From assembly GCA_051439505.1 (NCBI GenBank), contig JBFRWI010000145.1:16276-80275 (forward strand): a stretch of 64,000 nucleotides of DNA. Direction: 5' to 3'. The notes under the pieces were generated by a model that was given only the letters and a program-made list of their open reading frames with translations, was not told the origin of the DNA and did no database searches. How positions within the stretch are numbered: the stretch's first letter is position 1; the number at the start of each line of letters is the position of its first letter. Below, piece after piece: positions 1 through 10,294 of the stretch. The translations under genes were made by a program, and so were the position numbers. Source of the DNA: Hormoscilla sp. (GTDB taxonomy: Bacteria > Cyanobacteriota > Cyanobacteriia > Cyanobacteriales > Desertifilaceae).

Positions 1-1897
1 TAACGCTGATGACGAGTTGATCGGGGTGACGCAGTTAATCAACAAGAAGAAACAGGGAGACTACCCGCCCTATGACCCAAAGGATTGGCCCAAAGCCCCG
101 GAACAGTGGAAAGCGAGCTTTAATCGTTCCGACCAAGAATTCATGCAGGCGTTTAACATTCAAGCTGGTGTAGCCCTGCAAAATGCCAAGCTGTTTGCCG
201 AAGTGAAGCAGCAGGAACAAATGCAGAAGGATATCCTGCGGAGCTTGACCAACGGAGTGATCTCCACGGATAAAAAGGGTATCGTCATGGCCGCCAACGA
301 ATCGGCCAAAGAATTGCTAGGGTATGACTCCAAGGAGGTCATAGAGGGTAAGTTGATGCGGGATTTGCTGAAACTCAAGGAAGGGGATTTTGGCAAATGG
401 TTCGACGCGGCACTCTCACCCCTAGATGAAAAAGACCGGCAACAGTATTACCCAGATCAAACTTTGTTGTCTAAAGACAACCAACAGCAGAGCATAAATC
501 TGTCGATTAACTCGATGTCCGATGCCAGCGACCCCAGCAAGGTAAACGGGGCCTTGGTGGTCATGGAAGACATCTCCGATGAGAAGCAGGTCAAAAATCT
601 GATGTATCGTTACATGACGCCGGAAGTGGCAGAGGCTTTGCTAGCCAGTGGCGATACGGGCTTGGGGGGCAAGCGCAAGCATGTCTCGGTGCTGTTTTCA
701 GATATTCGCAGCTATACCACATTAACGGAAAAAATGCAAGCCGAAGAAGTGGTGGTGATGCTAAACACCTATTTTGAAGAGATGGTGGACGCGGTGCTGC
801 ACTACGGAGGTACTCTAGATAAATATATAGGCGACGCTCTGATGGCCGTGTTTGGTTCGCCAGCACCCCTCAACGATCATGGTTGGTATGCGATCCAAAC
901 GGCGATCGCCATGCGCCAGCGATTGGAGAAATTCAATGAGACTCGCATTGCCGAGGGTAAGATGGCGATCAGCATTGGCATCGGCATCCATTCTGATGAA
1001 GTCGTAAGTGGTAATATTGGCTCCAGCAAACGCATGGAACTGACTTCTATTGGTGACGGTGTCAATCTGGCCTCTCGTCTGGAAGGAACGAGCAAGCAAT
1101 ATGGCACGGATATAGTCATCAGCGAAAATACTTACAAGCCCTATGCAAGGCGGCTGATAGTCAGGGAGCTGGACTTTATTACGGTGAAGGGAAAAAGCGA
1201 ACCTGTGAGAATCTATGAACTGGTGGGTATCCAGGCAGGGAGAAGCAAGCTAGCTCGACCGATTTCAAATGCACAGCAGAAGATCATCGATCACTATCAC
1301 AAAGGGCGCGAGTATTACCTGCAACCGGCACAGGAAAAATTATCCTCAGAGGATACGATCTTCCTGTTAGAGCAGCTCGAAGAGATGTCAGAGTCGGAGG
1401 TCAAGAACATTTCCTATGATAAGGAGCGGATGTTACGGGAGCTGATAGAGCAGCTGCCATTAGATGAAATCGAGAAAATATTAGGGGCCAACGCCATCGG
1501 ACGGCTGTCATTAGAGGAACTCAAACAGATACCTTCTGAAGAAGCCCAAGAGTTATTGGCAGCTACGGTGAAAAAACTCACCCCCCGGGAGGTCAAGAAG
1601 CTGTTCGCATCTAAACTCAGGCAGTTCTGCGCCAAAGAAGCAGAACAACAGATGTTAGAGGATGAGGCCAAGGAAATGTCGCTACCTCAGATCGCCAAAC
1701 TGATCGATCTAGCCAAGCAAAAGTTTGAAGCGAAGGCGAAACAGGCGTTTGGGAACGCTCAGGGTGAGTTTCAAGCGGTTTTGAACATCGATCCGAAGAA
1801 CAAGGCGGCTAAATTACACATACAGCGTTGTATGTTGTTTGAAGACCAACCACCCAATGAAACTTGGGATGGAGTCTGGAAGCTGACGGAAAAATAG
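1..1897 (+). CDS. Class III adenylate/guanylate cyclase (GAF end-PAS-cyclase, CyaB-like), 5'-truncated by the window edge
   Basis: Frame is open from base 2 (NADDELIGVTQLINK, GAF NKxxxF..D end). PAS domain follows, then cyclase motifs FSDIRSYT, DKYIGDALMA and GDGVNLASRLE. Ends WDGVWKLTEK. Confidence 0.9.
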   Translation, partial: NADDELIGVTQLINKKKQGDYPPYDPKDWPKAPEQWKASFNRSDQEFMQAFNIQAGVALQNAKLFAEVKQQEQMQKDILRSLTNGVISTDKKGIVMAANESAKELLGYDSKEVIEGKLMRDLLKLKEGDFGKWFDAALSPLDEKDRQQYYPDQTLLSKDNQQQSINLSINSMSDASDPSKVNGALVVMEDISDEKQVKNLMYRYMTPEVAEALLASGDTGLGGKRKHVSVLFSDIRSYTTLTEKMQAEEVVVMLNTYFEEMVDAVLHYGGTLDKYIGDALMAVFGSPAPLNDHGWYAIQTAIAMRQRLEKFNETRIAEGKMAISIGIGIHSDEVVSGNIGSSKRMELTSIGDGVNLASRLEGTSKQYGTDIVISENTYKPYARRLIVRELDFITVKGKSEPVRIYELVGIQAGRSKLARPISNAQQKIIDHYHKGREYYLQPAQEKLSSEDTIFLLEQLEEMSESEVKNISYDKERMLRELIEQLPLDEIEKILGANAIGRLSLEELKQIPSEEAQELLAATVKKLTPREVKKLFASKLRQFCAKEAEQQMLEDEAKEMSLPQIAKLIDLAKQKFEAKAKQAFGNAQGEFQAVLNIDPKNKAAKLHIQRCMLFEDQPPNETWDGVWKLTEK

Positions 1898-2259
1898 TGC
1901 TGGCGATCGAGAGGCTGGGTCAGGTCGTTACACAGCAATCGCGTGAATTGATCTGTTTGCGGTCGCTGTGGAAAAACAGCGTATACCAAGAAGGGATGCT
2001 CACTCACGGGACTATCTGGGACTTCCAGGCCGTTCATCTGTAGCAATCTTGTTTAAGATGGTAATATAAGCAGATTTAATGAATCTTTTTGGTTCTGGAG
2101 TCCGCGGACTGTCGCTGTGGAGTCCGGCTGGATAGCCAGTCCCAAAAAACGGCAGTGCAACTGTAGCCCTTAGATGGGCAGCTGCAAAAAGTTACTCTTT
2201 AGTCGGGAAAAGTTACCTAATATCCTAGTCTTAGATATTGAAAACTACTAGCTTGAAAA

Positions 2260-2898
2260 ATGAATGACAATCTGTTGCAGTACGAAGAGAGAGAGTGGGT
2301 AGAGCAGGTGATTCAACTGTTGCGGGATATCGCTCGTGCGGGTCTGTCCGATCTGCCTAAACTACCAGAAAATATCTCTATCAGAGCTATACCACTAGCG
2401 AAAAAGGCAAAGAGCATCCAAGAGGAAGGTAACGGCCAAAGTGGTGCCGATGCTTGCCAGTCCCCAGAGATGGAGTGGGTAGAGCAGGTGATCTCCCTGT
2501 TGAGCGAGCTAAGTCGCATTTCTTTGTCCGATCGCCCCAAGCTACCAGACGCTATATCTCACAAGGCTCTGGAGCTGGCTAAACAGGGACAGAAAATCAA
2601 GGAAGCTTCCTTGGGACCGAAAGAGGAAACTGTCTACCAGCCAATAGAGGAAAGAACCCAAAGGACCGATCCATCTCAATCAGAGGCTCTTGGGAAGCAA
2701 GATGAGGAAAAACCAATAGAAGACATCCCAGCTGACATAACAGCTAATCCCTCTCAAGCTCCAGGCCAATTGCTGGATCTCCTGGCATCCAGCCTGAAAA
2801 TAGAATGGGCCAACAGCAAGCATCCTGATGCACCAGAATGGCAGCAATTGATCAATCTGCTGGATATCGCCAAGGGACTTTACCAACGAACCAAGTGA
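2260..2898 (+). CDS. Hypothetical protein with a duplicated ~45-aa helical module
   Basis: 212-aa ATG ORF. EWVEQVIxLLxxxxRxxLSDxPKLPxxIS occurs twice. Confidence 0.7.
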   Translation: MNDNLLQYEEREWVEQVIQLLRDIARAGLSDLPKLPENISIRAIPLAKKAKSIQEEGNGQSGADACQSPEMEWVEQVISLLSELSRISLSDRPKLPDAISHKALELAKQGQKIKEASLGPKEETVYQPIEERTQRTDPSQSEALGKQDEEKPIEDIPADITANPSQAPGQLLDLLASSLKIEWANSKHPDAPEWQQLINLLDIAKGLYQRTK

Positions 2899-2964
2899 CT
2901 GGTGACTGGTGACTGGTGACTGGTGACTGGTGACTGGTGATTGGTGACTGGTGACTGGTGACTG
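2895..2964. repeat. Heptamer tandem repeat (GTGACTG)x10, STRR type
   Basis: Seen directly. One copy is GTGATTG. Begins at the stop codon of the upstream gene. Confidence 0.95.
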
Positions 2965-3390
2965 GTGGTCAAGATGCAGTGATGTGCCGCAAGTCCTGAC
3001 CACCAGATCCAGCGATTTATGAAGAGAAAGAGATATAAGGATTAAGAGATATTGAGATTGTGAGCAAAAAGACAAAATAATCGGCAGAGATAATTAAGAT
3101 GAAAGGTAGAGGTAAGTAACGATCGCGAAAGCCAGTTGGTGCGAACTCCCAGGAGTAATGTTTCTAGAGGTAGGTAGTCAGTGGTCAGGGAGCGGTGGTC
3201 AGTGGTCTGGCAGATGAAAAATATAAATTGAAAATTATAATTTGGGATTGGAAGAAAATTTGGAAGAAAAAATTTATCGCTGTTAGATTTAAACGTCTTC
3301 CCTTACAATTAGCTTTGGGGTGCCAAGGATATTGATGGGCACCCTGGCTCTGACACGGGTCTGATTTTGCTGTTAGCGAGGAGTAGTAAA

Positions 3391-3906
3391 TTGGATTTAT
3401 CGCGGATACCAGCCCAACCAAAACCGGGCCTACTGAATGTATTGATCGAAATCACAGCCGGAAGCAAAAATAAGTATGAGTATGATAAGGATATGCAAGC
3501 CTTGATCCTAGACCGGGTGCTTTATGCTTCGGTACAATACCCTTACGATTACGGCTTTGTCCCCAATACCCTAGCCGACGATGGTGACCCCCTCGATGGT
3601 ATGGTGATGATGGATCAGCCCACTTTCCCGGGTTGCATAATAGCGGCGCGGCCCATAGGAATGTTGGAAATGATTGACGGGGGCGATCGGGATGAAAAAA
3701 TTCTCTGTGTTCCTGTAGATGACCCGCGCTATGCTGGGGTAAAATCCCTCCAAGATGTGGCACCCCATCGGTTGGATGAAATTGCCGAATTTTTCAGAAC
3801 TTACAAAAATTTAGAGAAGAAAGTTACGGAAATTCTCGGCTGGAAAGATGTATCAGAGGTGATGCCTCTGGTGGAAAAATGTATTAAGGCCGGAAAAAAA
3901 CAGTAA
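3391..3906 (+). CDS. ppa: Soluble inorganic pyrophosphatase
   Basis: [19 protein letters not shown] motif. Likely TTG start at 3391 after GAGGAG ([13 protein letters not shown]). Confidence 0.95.
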   Translation: MDLSRIPAQPKPGLLNVLIEITAGSKNKYEYDKDMQALILDRVLYASVQYPYDYGFVPNTLADDGDPLDGMVMMDQPTFPGCIIAARPIGMLEMIDGGDRDEKILCVPVDDPRYAGVKSLQDVAPHRLDEIAEFFRTYKNLEKKVTEILGWKDVSEVMPLVEKCIKAGKKQ

Positions 3907-3931
3907 CTGACGGTAGTCTGAGCTAGCTGGG

Positions 3932-4882
3932 GTGCATACGGTTGCAACTGGCAGCTCAGATAATAAACCATCACACGCAGCATTGCCAAAATCTTCACCC
4001 ATTACAGCTAAGAAAGTGACGATCGCTCCTGACAAATTTATTGTAGAGTTCTGGGGAGTCCGAGGAGAGATTCCCACCCCAGGCAGGGAGACAGTGCGCT
4101 ACGGGGGGAATACATCCTGCGTGACAATGCGGGTGGCCGATCAATTCTTGATTTTTGATGCGGGTACCGGTGTGAGAGTGCTGGGAAAGCATCTACTCGG
4201 CCAGATGCCTGTGGAAGCCCATCTATTCTTGACTCACTGTCATTGGGACCGGATTCAAGGATTCCCGTTTTTTGTCCCGGGTTTTATTCCGATAAATCGT
4301 TTTCACATTTACGGTGCGTCGGCAGCTAATGGGACTTCGATGGAACAGCGCCTGTACGAACAGATGCTGCCGCCCAATTTTCCAGTGCCAATTGGAATTA
4401 TGGGGTCGGACATGAGGTTTTATCACCTGGAACCTGGGTCCCAACTGGCTTTAGGTGAGGTAAGAATTGAAACGGTCTGCCTCAACCCAACTAATTGTGC
4501 TACTGGCTACCGGGTGAGTTGTCAGGGAAATACGGCAGTATACGCTACGGATACATTACTGCGCCCCGATCGCTTAGATAAAGATCTGCTGCATTTAGCT
4601 CGGAATGCGGATATACTAATTTACGATGGGACAATAGAGTCGCCAGAAGATCGATTTCAATCCTTTAACAGTGACTGGAAAGATTTTATCTGGAAAACGG
4701 GCATCGAAGTGGCAAAGAAGGCAGGGGTCCAGAAGCTAGTTATTTGTCACCACGATCCCGGCCATAACGATCTATTTCTGGAACAAATGGAAGCCAAATT
4801 AAAATCAGTCTTTAAGAATGGCTTGCTGGCCCGGGAAGGCATGAGTTTGGAAATAGGAAATGTCCCAATCTCCAATTGTTAG
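3932..4882 (+). CDS. MBL-fold metallo-hydrolase
   Basis: FWGVRG..TPG, YGGNTSC, DAGTG, THCHWDRIQG and HHDP motifs. Confidence 0.85.
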   Translation: MHTVATGSSDNKPSHAALPKSSPITAKKVTIAPDKFIVEFWGVRGEIPTPGRETVRYGGNTSCVTMRVADQFLIFDAGTGVRVLGKHLLGQMPVEAHLFLTHCHWDRIQGFPFFVPGFIPINRFHIYGASAANGTSMEQRLYEQMLPPNFPVPIGIMGSDMRFYHLEPGSQLALGEVRIETVCLNPTNCATGYRVSCQGNTAVYATDTLLRPDRLDKDLLHLARNADILIYDGTIESPEDRFQSFNSDWKDFIWKTGIEVAKKAGVQKLVICHHDPGHNDLFLEQMEAKLKSVFKNGLLAREGMSLEIGNVPISNC

Positions 4883-5826
4883 CTGACTGCTGATAGCTGG
4901 GGCTGCAACTGTGACGGGTAAAGGGTTTTAACCAACTGTCGGAAATGGCGAATAGGGGGAATCTGAAGCCGAGCGCGGGTGGTGACCAATACCACTTGAC
5001 GGGTCAATGCTGGAGATGATATGGGATCTTGAGGCTCGGAGGCGATCGCTCTTACTGCCAGTGTGGGGTCAAGGCGTGCCTGTATCAAGGCCGATCGGGG
5101 TAACATGGCAATCAATTCTCCTTGCCTGACTACGCTTTGAAAGGGATCAAGGGTATTTAATTCCAAAACTGCCTTGAAGGTAAGATTTTGTCTCAAGAAG
5201 GCTTCTTGCACCAGTCGTCGCATACCATAGCCATCCTTAAATACTACTTGTGGTTGGGAGGCTAATAAATTCATTGACAGAAGTTCATGCTGGGCCAGGG
5301 GATGATTCGAGGCCATCAATAGCTCAATGGGCTCGGAGAATAGCAGATCTACTACCATCTCGGAACTGACGGTTAAGAAGCGATTTTGCATGACGATCGC
5401 CACATCTACCATGCCGTCCTTGAGCACTTTCAGCGCCCGATCGCTCCCCAATGACGTAACTCGCAACTGCACTTCTGGGTAGTCTCAACAAAATGAGAGC
5501 AACACTGGCGGTAAAGCGTTGGCGCAGATCGAAGGAATTGCTCCTACACAGAGTTCTGGCTGTTTTCCTAGCTTAAATTGAGCTAATTCGGTAGTAGCAG
5601 CATCCCACTCTTGACAGATTTTGCGGGCTCTCTTCAAGAACATTTCTCCCCCGATAGTTAATTTGGCCGAGGATCCCCTATGAAACAGTGGCATTCCCAA
5701 GTAATCTTCTAGTCTTTGAATCTGGCGGCTAATGGTCGATTGCGTTACCCCACAATTTTTCGCCGCCTGCTGAAAGTTACCGGTTTCGGCAACAGCCAAA
5801 AAAGCTTGTAATTGCTCAACTCGCAT
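4879..5826 (-). pseudogene. ntcB: LysR-family nitrate assimilation activator NtcB interrupted by one in-frame TGA
   Basis: MRVEQLQAFLAVAETGNFQQAA..QSTISRQIQ and QLRVTSLGSDRALKVLKDG match NtcB. The two ORFs are in the same frame and read FC*DYPEVQLR (TGA at 5485-5487). Confidence 0.88.
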
Positions 5827-5860
5827 GGTTATGTAGCCTGGACTACATCGATTTATTATG

Positions 5861-5902
5861 ACTTTAGCGCAGTCGGAAATAAGTTTTGTACCCGTCGATA
5901 CA
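5861..5902 (-). promoter_or_regulatory. NtcA-activated promoter of ntcB
   Basis: TGTA-TCGACGGG-TACA (5887-5902), then TAAAGT (TAN3T -10, 5866-5861) 21 nt after the TAC. Confidence 0.75.
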
Positions 5903-5939
5903 ACCGATCGGATAGTTGATGATGAATAGTAATTAGTAT

Positions 5940-7727
5940 TCAAGCCGAGATCACCCGATCGCGCCCAGAGGCTTTAGCCCGGTAAAGTGCGGTATCGGCG
6001 GCGGCTATGATTGCCTGTAGGGTAAGACCATGTTCTGGAAAGCAAGCGACGCCAAAGGAACTGGTGATGCTACCCAGCAGCTGACCGTCATGTTCGATTC
6101 GCAAAGACTTAATTCCCGATCGCAGCATCTGGGCTCGTTGTATGGTATAATCTAGAGTCGCTTCGGGAATGATGACGATAAACTCCTCACCGCCGTAGCG
6201 ACAAGCCAAGTCTTTACCGCGAATATTCCGATTCAAAAACCGCCCCACTTCTCGCAGCACGGTATCCCCAGCTTGGTGACCGAAGGTGTCATTAAATCGC
6301 TTAAAATGGTCAACATCCAGCAGGATCATTCCTAAAGAATTTTGGGAACCTTTGGCTCTTTCGATTTCCCGTGCAGCGGTTTCTTCCAGGTAACGCCGAT
6401 TAAACAATCCTGTCAGGGGGTCTTGAATACTCTGGGTGCGCAGGGTTTCCCGCAGTCTCAAGTTCGCCAAGGCCAGGGTAATGTGTTCGGCTACGCTGAC
6501 TGCTAACCGCTCAGTGTCGGGGGTTAATTGCCCCGACTCTAGGGAACTCAAATATAATAGACCAATTGATTCTCCCTGCATCATCATCGGTAGGCAGCAA
6601 TGTTGCCGACTATCGGATGACGGGTGCAGATGTTGACAGAGCAATTGTGCGAGTTCTTCATTTGTTCTCTGCTGCTTTTGTCCACACCATCCCTTCAGGA
6701 CAAACTGCTTTTCCTTGACGATTGGTAAATTGCCCCATGTGGCCACTACTTCAATGAGATTTTTTTCGGCTTCAATGGCAAATACTCCACCCACTAAACC
6801 TGGAAACAGAAGCGATATTTTTTGGGCAATGACGGTGTAAGCTTCCGACAAGGTGAAGCAAGCTTGCAGTAACTGAGACAGTTCCGTTAGCAACTGCATC
6901 TCGCGGTTGCGCTGTTCTAATTTCTTGACCGAGGTGGTGAGTTGGGAGTTGGCCTGTTGTAATGCTGCTTCCATCCGCTTGCGTTCGGTAATGTCTCGAC
7001 CGATATAGAGCCGGTTTTTTAAGTCCGCTATGTCACTGTCAATGATGGCACAAGAAAAAGCTACGGAAATTTGTTCTCCGGTTTTTTTCCGACACTGCAC
7101 TTCTACATATTGCTCTTCTTTGAGATTTTTGCTGACAGTTTGAATCCATTCTGTTTCAGTAATTATCAATGAAATCGGTTGTCTAATTAATTCAGATTCG
7201 CTATAGCCAAACATTTCGATAGTCGCTTGATTGACTGTTTTTATATTTCCCGATATATTGGTCACTAATAAAGCATCTGCCATTGACCGGATCAGTTGCT
7301 CTATATAAGTTTGATTTGCTGTAATGGTACTCAGTAATAAATTAGCTCGGTTGGAACTTTGGACTAATTTCTGTTTCATTTCCATGGTTTCTGTAACATC
7401 ATTAAACAAAACAAGCAGCCCTCCTTCTTCATTGTTATTCAGTACCGAGATGTCGAAATATATCGGAGAGTCCCGATCGCCTTTACGAGAAATGCATTGT
7501 AATTCAAAACTCATCTGCTGTCCTGACATAACCTCTTGCAGAGACTTTTCTGACCCGAATAGTTCTGGAAAGCCTTCTCTGACATCTTTTCCCAGATCGA
7601 TTTCTTCAGGTAACTCTGCTAATAGCTTCACTCCCGATGATATTTCCAGGATCCTTAAGTCCCGATCTACTTTTAAGTATTCCATGTCCCGTTGAGATAA
7701 TAATTTTTGCCACAGGGGGATATTCAT
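5940..7727 (-). CDS. Diguanylate cyclase, PAS-PAS-GAF-GGDEF
   Basis: DPLTGLFNRR, DVDHFKRFNDTFGH and RGKD(I-site)LACRYGGEEF. Confidence 0.93.
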   Translation of the reverse strand: MNIPLWQKLLSQRDMEYLKVDRDLRILEISSGVKLLAELPEEIDLGKDVREGFPELFGSEKSLQEVMSGQQMSFELQCISRKGDRDSPIYFDISVLNNNEEGGLLVLFNDVTETMEMKQKLVQSSNRANLLLSTITANQTYIEQLIRSMADALLVTNISGNIKTVNQATIEMFGYSESELIRQPISLIITETEWIQTVSKNLKEEQYVEVQCRKKTGEQISVAFSCAIIDSDIADLKNRLYIGRDITERKRMEAALQQANSQLTTSVKKLEQRNREMQLLTELSQLLQACFTLSEAYTVIAQKISLLFPGLVGGVFAIEAEKNLIEVVATWGNLPIVKEKQFVLKGWCGQKQQRTNEELAQLLCQHLHPSSDSRQHCCLPMMMQGESIGLLYLSSLESGQLTPDTERLAVSVAEHITLALANLRLRETLRTQSIQDPLTGLFNRRYLEETAAREIERAKGSQNSLGMILLDVDHFKRFNDTFGHQAGDTVLREVGRFLNRNIRGKDLACRYGGEEFIVIIPEATLDYTIQRAQMLRSGIKSLRIEHDGQLLGSITSSFGVACFPEHGLTLQAIIAAADTALYRAKASGRDRVISA

Positions 7728-7734
7728 TGTCAGT

Positions 7735-8250
7735 TCAGGGGAGTTCTATCAGTCTCTGAGCTAAGGTTTCAAAAATTAGGTCCACGTCTTGGCCTGTTTT
7801 GGCAGAGGTTGCATAGGTGGCTAAGACTTGCTGCTGGTCCTTAAACTGGATTCTGTCAAGCAATTCGGCAACTTCCAAGGGGTCAAATAGGTCTGCCTTG
7901 TTCAATGATACAATAATTAACCCTTCAGGATTAATTGATAAAAAGCGCTGAATATGATCTGCTAGCCCCTCCAGAGTTTCTCTACGACTAAGATCGGCAA
8001 CTATTACGGCTCCCATTGCTCCTTGCAAATAGGTTGGGACGATCGCCTGAAATTTGGTACTGCCTTCTAAATCCCAGATTAGCATGCGGACGTTCACTTG
8101 TGGTAATTCCAGTGTCTTGCGGGAAATTTTTACCCCGACGTTGGACAGATATTCGTCGCTGAACTGACGTTCGACAAAGCGGCGAATTAGGCTAGTTTTG
8201 CCGACCCCGTAGTCGCCTACTAAGCAGATTTTTTGTGTTATTGTTTCCAT
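7735..8250 (-). CDS. Rab/Ras-like small GTPase
   Basis: G1 GDYGVGKT, G3 WDLEG, G4 NKAD, G5 SAKTG. 171 aa with no CaaX tail. Confidence 0.92.
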   Translation of the reverse strand: METITQKICLVGDYGVGKTSLIRRFVERQFSDEYLSNVGVKISRKTLELPQVNVRMLIWDLEGSTKFQAIVPTYLQGAMGAVIVADLSRRETLEGLADHIQRFLSINPEGLIIVSLNKADLFDPLEVAELLDRIQFKDQQQVLATYATSAKTGQDVDLIFETLAQRLIELP

Positions 8251-8328
8251 GATTATGCTCCCGTTGCTCCCGGCGCGATCGGATCGACGATCGCAATTAT
8301 AGCATGGGTGAGTCCGAATCTACTTTAT

Positions 8329-10155
8329 TTATCTCTCAGGGGGGAGCGAAAGATCTATAATTGCCGATTTAACTCCGGGTATTTGCTGTAATGCTTGGAC
8401 GATATTCTCGGCCTCAGTTCTGTTCGCTACAACTCCGGTTACCGTTACTTGTCCGTCTGCATAGTTAGTGGTAATGGCAATGCCATCTATCTGATTGAGC
8501 AGGAGCGTGATTCGATGCAGTTCCGCTGCTGTTTGCTTCGCATCTGGCGGTACTTCCACGGCCAAGAGCTGATTTTCTAACTCTCGGGTGGGTGCAGCTG
8601 CCCTGGCGATCGCTTCTGCTTGTCTGCGCAGATCCTCAGAAGGCACCCTTCCTTTTAGCTTCAGGTTGCTCCTATTCACTTCCACATCCAGACGATAAAC
8701 TGATAAGGATGGCGCCGCTGCTAAGGCATCGGCAACTTGGGCCTCAAGACGGCGATCGACTCCATTGCGATATTGATGAATTCCCCAAGGGAGGGCAATT
8801 AATGCTGCTAGGGCCAATCCGATCGCCTTGAGTACAGGAGACTGTTGAGGCCCTACCTTTGACTCCTTACTTATAACTAACTCTTGAAGTTGCTGATGCA
8901 ATTGCTGGGGTATTGTCTCTGCTTTCCCCTTAAATTCCTCTATGGATTGACCGTAATTCAGGAGGATTTCGGATAATGTTTGCCGCATTTTCTGAATAAA
9001 TTGCTTGGATTCTTCTCCCTCAATTACTACTGCTAGATAGCAGGAACCCGCTACTTCTAGGATTATTTTGTCATTGCCATAGTTGATCTCATCTATTTCC
9101 GAGTCTTTGCCTGACTGAGCGAAATATTCTCCGACAAAGCTGCGGATCGCTGTTAGCATTCCTGCCACTAGATCTGATTCTAGTCGCGGACCTTCTGGCT
9201 GTTGCACTTCGGATATTACTATACCAGACGCTTTGTGTATCAAGAAGATGGCCCGGGTACTAAATGAAATCTCCTCGGCCAGCATTAGTTCTGCTTCGGA
9301 GACTCCTTGCAGTTTGGCCCGGATCTTCCTTTCTATCCCTTTTAGGGTTAAGGCATTTTCGATCTTCCGATTGATGTCCCGAATTGTTTCGCCGATGTAT
9401 TTGCCGATTGTATTCCCTATTATCGGATACAGGGCATCTATCATCGCCGTCCGCTCCAGTTTGATCTGCTTTTTCACCGCTGTTGCTATTTCTGGCGCGA
9501 TCGCATTTGCCACTTCTTCTGGAGCCGCTTTCATCTGTTGGGTAATTGCTGGCGATATTACTGGCGCGATCGCTGCACTCATGGACTCTTTATCCTGTAG
9601 GATCTTATTCTGAATCATTTCATCGATCAGGGGCGACAGGGCTTTCACCATTGCGTCGCGATCTAACCGATTTTGTTCTTGCACTGCGCTGGCTATTTCT
9701 GGCGCGATCGCCTGGGCTATTTCCAGCGGCGATTCTTTGATATATTCTGATATTGCTCTGCTAACTATCGGTACTATTGACGCTTCCATTTCCTCCTTGT
9801 TTTCCCTCGTTCTGCCCGACATCGCTTTCCCTATTGCTGGGGCGATCGCCTCACTCATTTCCTGTTTCATCTGCTGTAGATTTTCCTTTATCCTTGCTTC
9901 TACTAGCATAGCGATCTTCTTTTTGAGGCCCTTCATCTCCTCTGCTACCTGGTTTGACAGCATCTCCTGCCAAAGCGGCTCCATACTCCTTTTTATCTCT
10001 TCTCGATCGTTAATCTTCTGCTCGATTCTGGCAAGGTTTTGTTGGATTTTTTCAATTTCTTCCTCCCAGGCAAATATTTCCTGCGGGACCAGAAGCTGTT
10101 GTAGCTGTTCGAGAGGAGTAACAATATCGTTTCTTTTCTGCTGAGAATTACGCAT
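8329..10155 (-). CDS. Membrane protein: helical AIAP repeats, longin/roadblock-like domain, TM helix, BON domains
   Basis: Paralog of 10450-13914. AIFLIHKASG..AGMLTAIRSFV domain, TM AIGLALAALIALPWG, then BON-like LKLKGRVPSE..ENQL. Confidence 0.8.
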   Translation of the reverse strand: MRNSQQKRNDIVTPLEQLQQLLVPQEIFAWEEEIEKIQQNLARIEQKINDREEIKRSMEPLWQEMLSNQVAEEMKGLKKKIAMLVEARIKENLQQMKQEMSEAIAPAIGKAMSGRTRENKEEMEASIVPIVSRAISEYIKESPLEIAQAIAPEIASAVQEQNRLDRDAMVKALSPLIDEMIQNKILQDKESMSAAIAPVISPAITQQMKAAPEEVANAIAPEIATAVKKQIKLERTAMIDALYPIIGNTIGKYIGETIRDINRKIENALTLKGIERKIRAKLQGVSEAELMLAEEISFSTRAIFLIHKASGIVISEVQQPEGPRLESDLVAGMLTAIRSFVGEYFAQSGKDSEIDEINYGNDKIILEVAGSCYLAVVIEGEESKQFIQKMRQTLSEILLNYGQSIEEFKGKAETIPQQLHQQLQELVISKESKVGPQQSPVLKAIGLALAALIALPWGIHQYRNGVDRRLEAQVADALAAAPSLSVYRLDVEVNRSNLKLKGRVPSEDLRRQAEAIARAAAPTRELENQLLAVEVPPDAKQTAAELHRITLLLNQIDGIAITTNYADGQVTVTGVVANRTEAENIVQALQQIPGVKSAIIDLSLPPER

Positions 10156-10294
10156 ATCTGCTATTGCCTCGCCTATACGCTGCCCTTACATTTAAGTTTT
10201 TTTCAACTGCCTCAGCTTAATAGCCCCAGGGCCCCTCAGGGATGCTGACTGCTGACTGGGCCTCGCGATCTGCTGACATTGTTTTCACCTGAGC

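Noticed and set aside
2680..3075. 131-aa minus-strand ORF with HQSPVTS repeats
   Set aside because: It is a translation of the GTGACTG heptamer array and antisense to a real gene.
5485..5487. Selenocysteine or programmed readthrough in ntcB
   Set aside because: The position corresponds to Arg, not Cys. TGA is used as a normal stop in many genes here, so a C->T nonsense change is simpler.
5827..5943. N-terminal extension of the LysR ORF to 5943
   Set aside because: The region holds the NtcA box and -10. Homology begins at ATG 5826.
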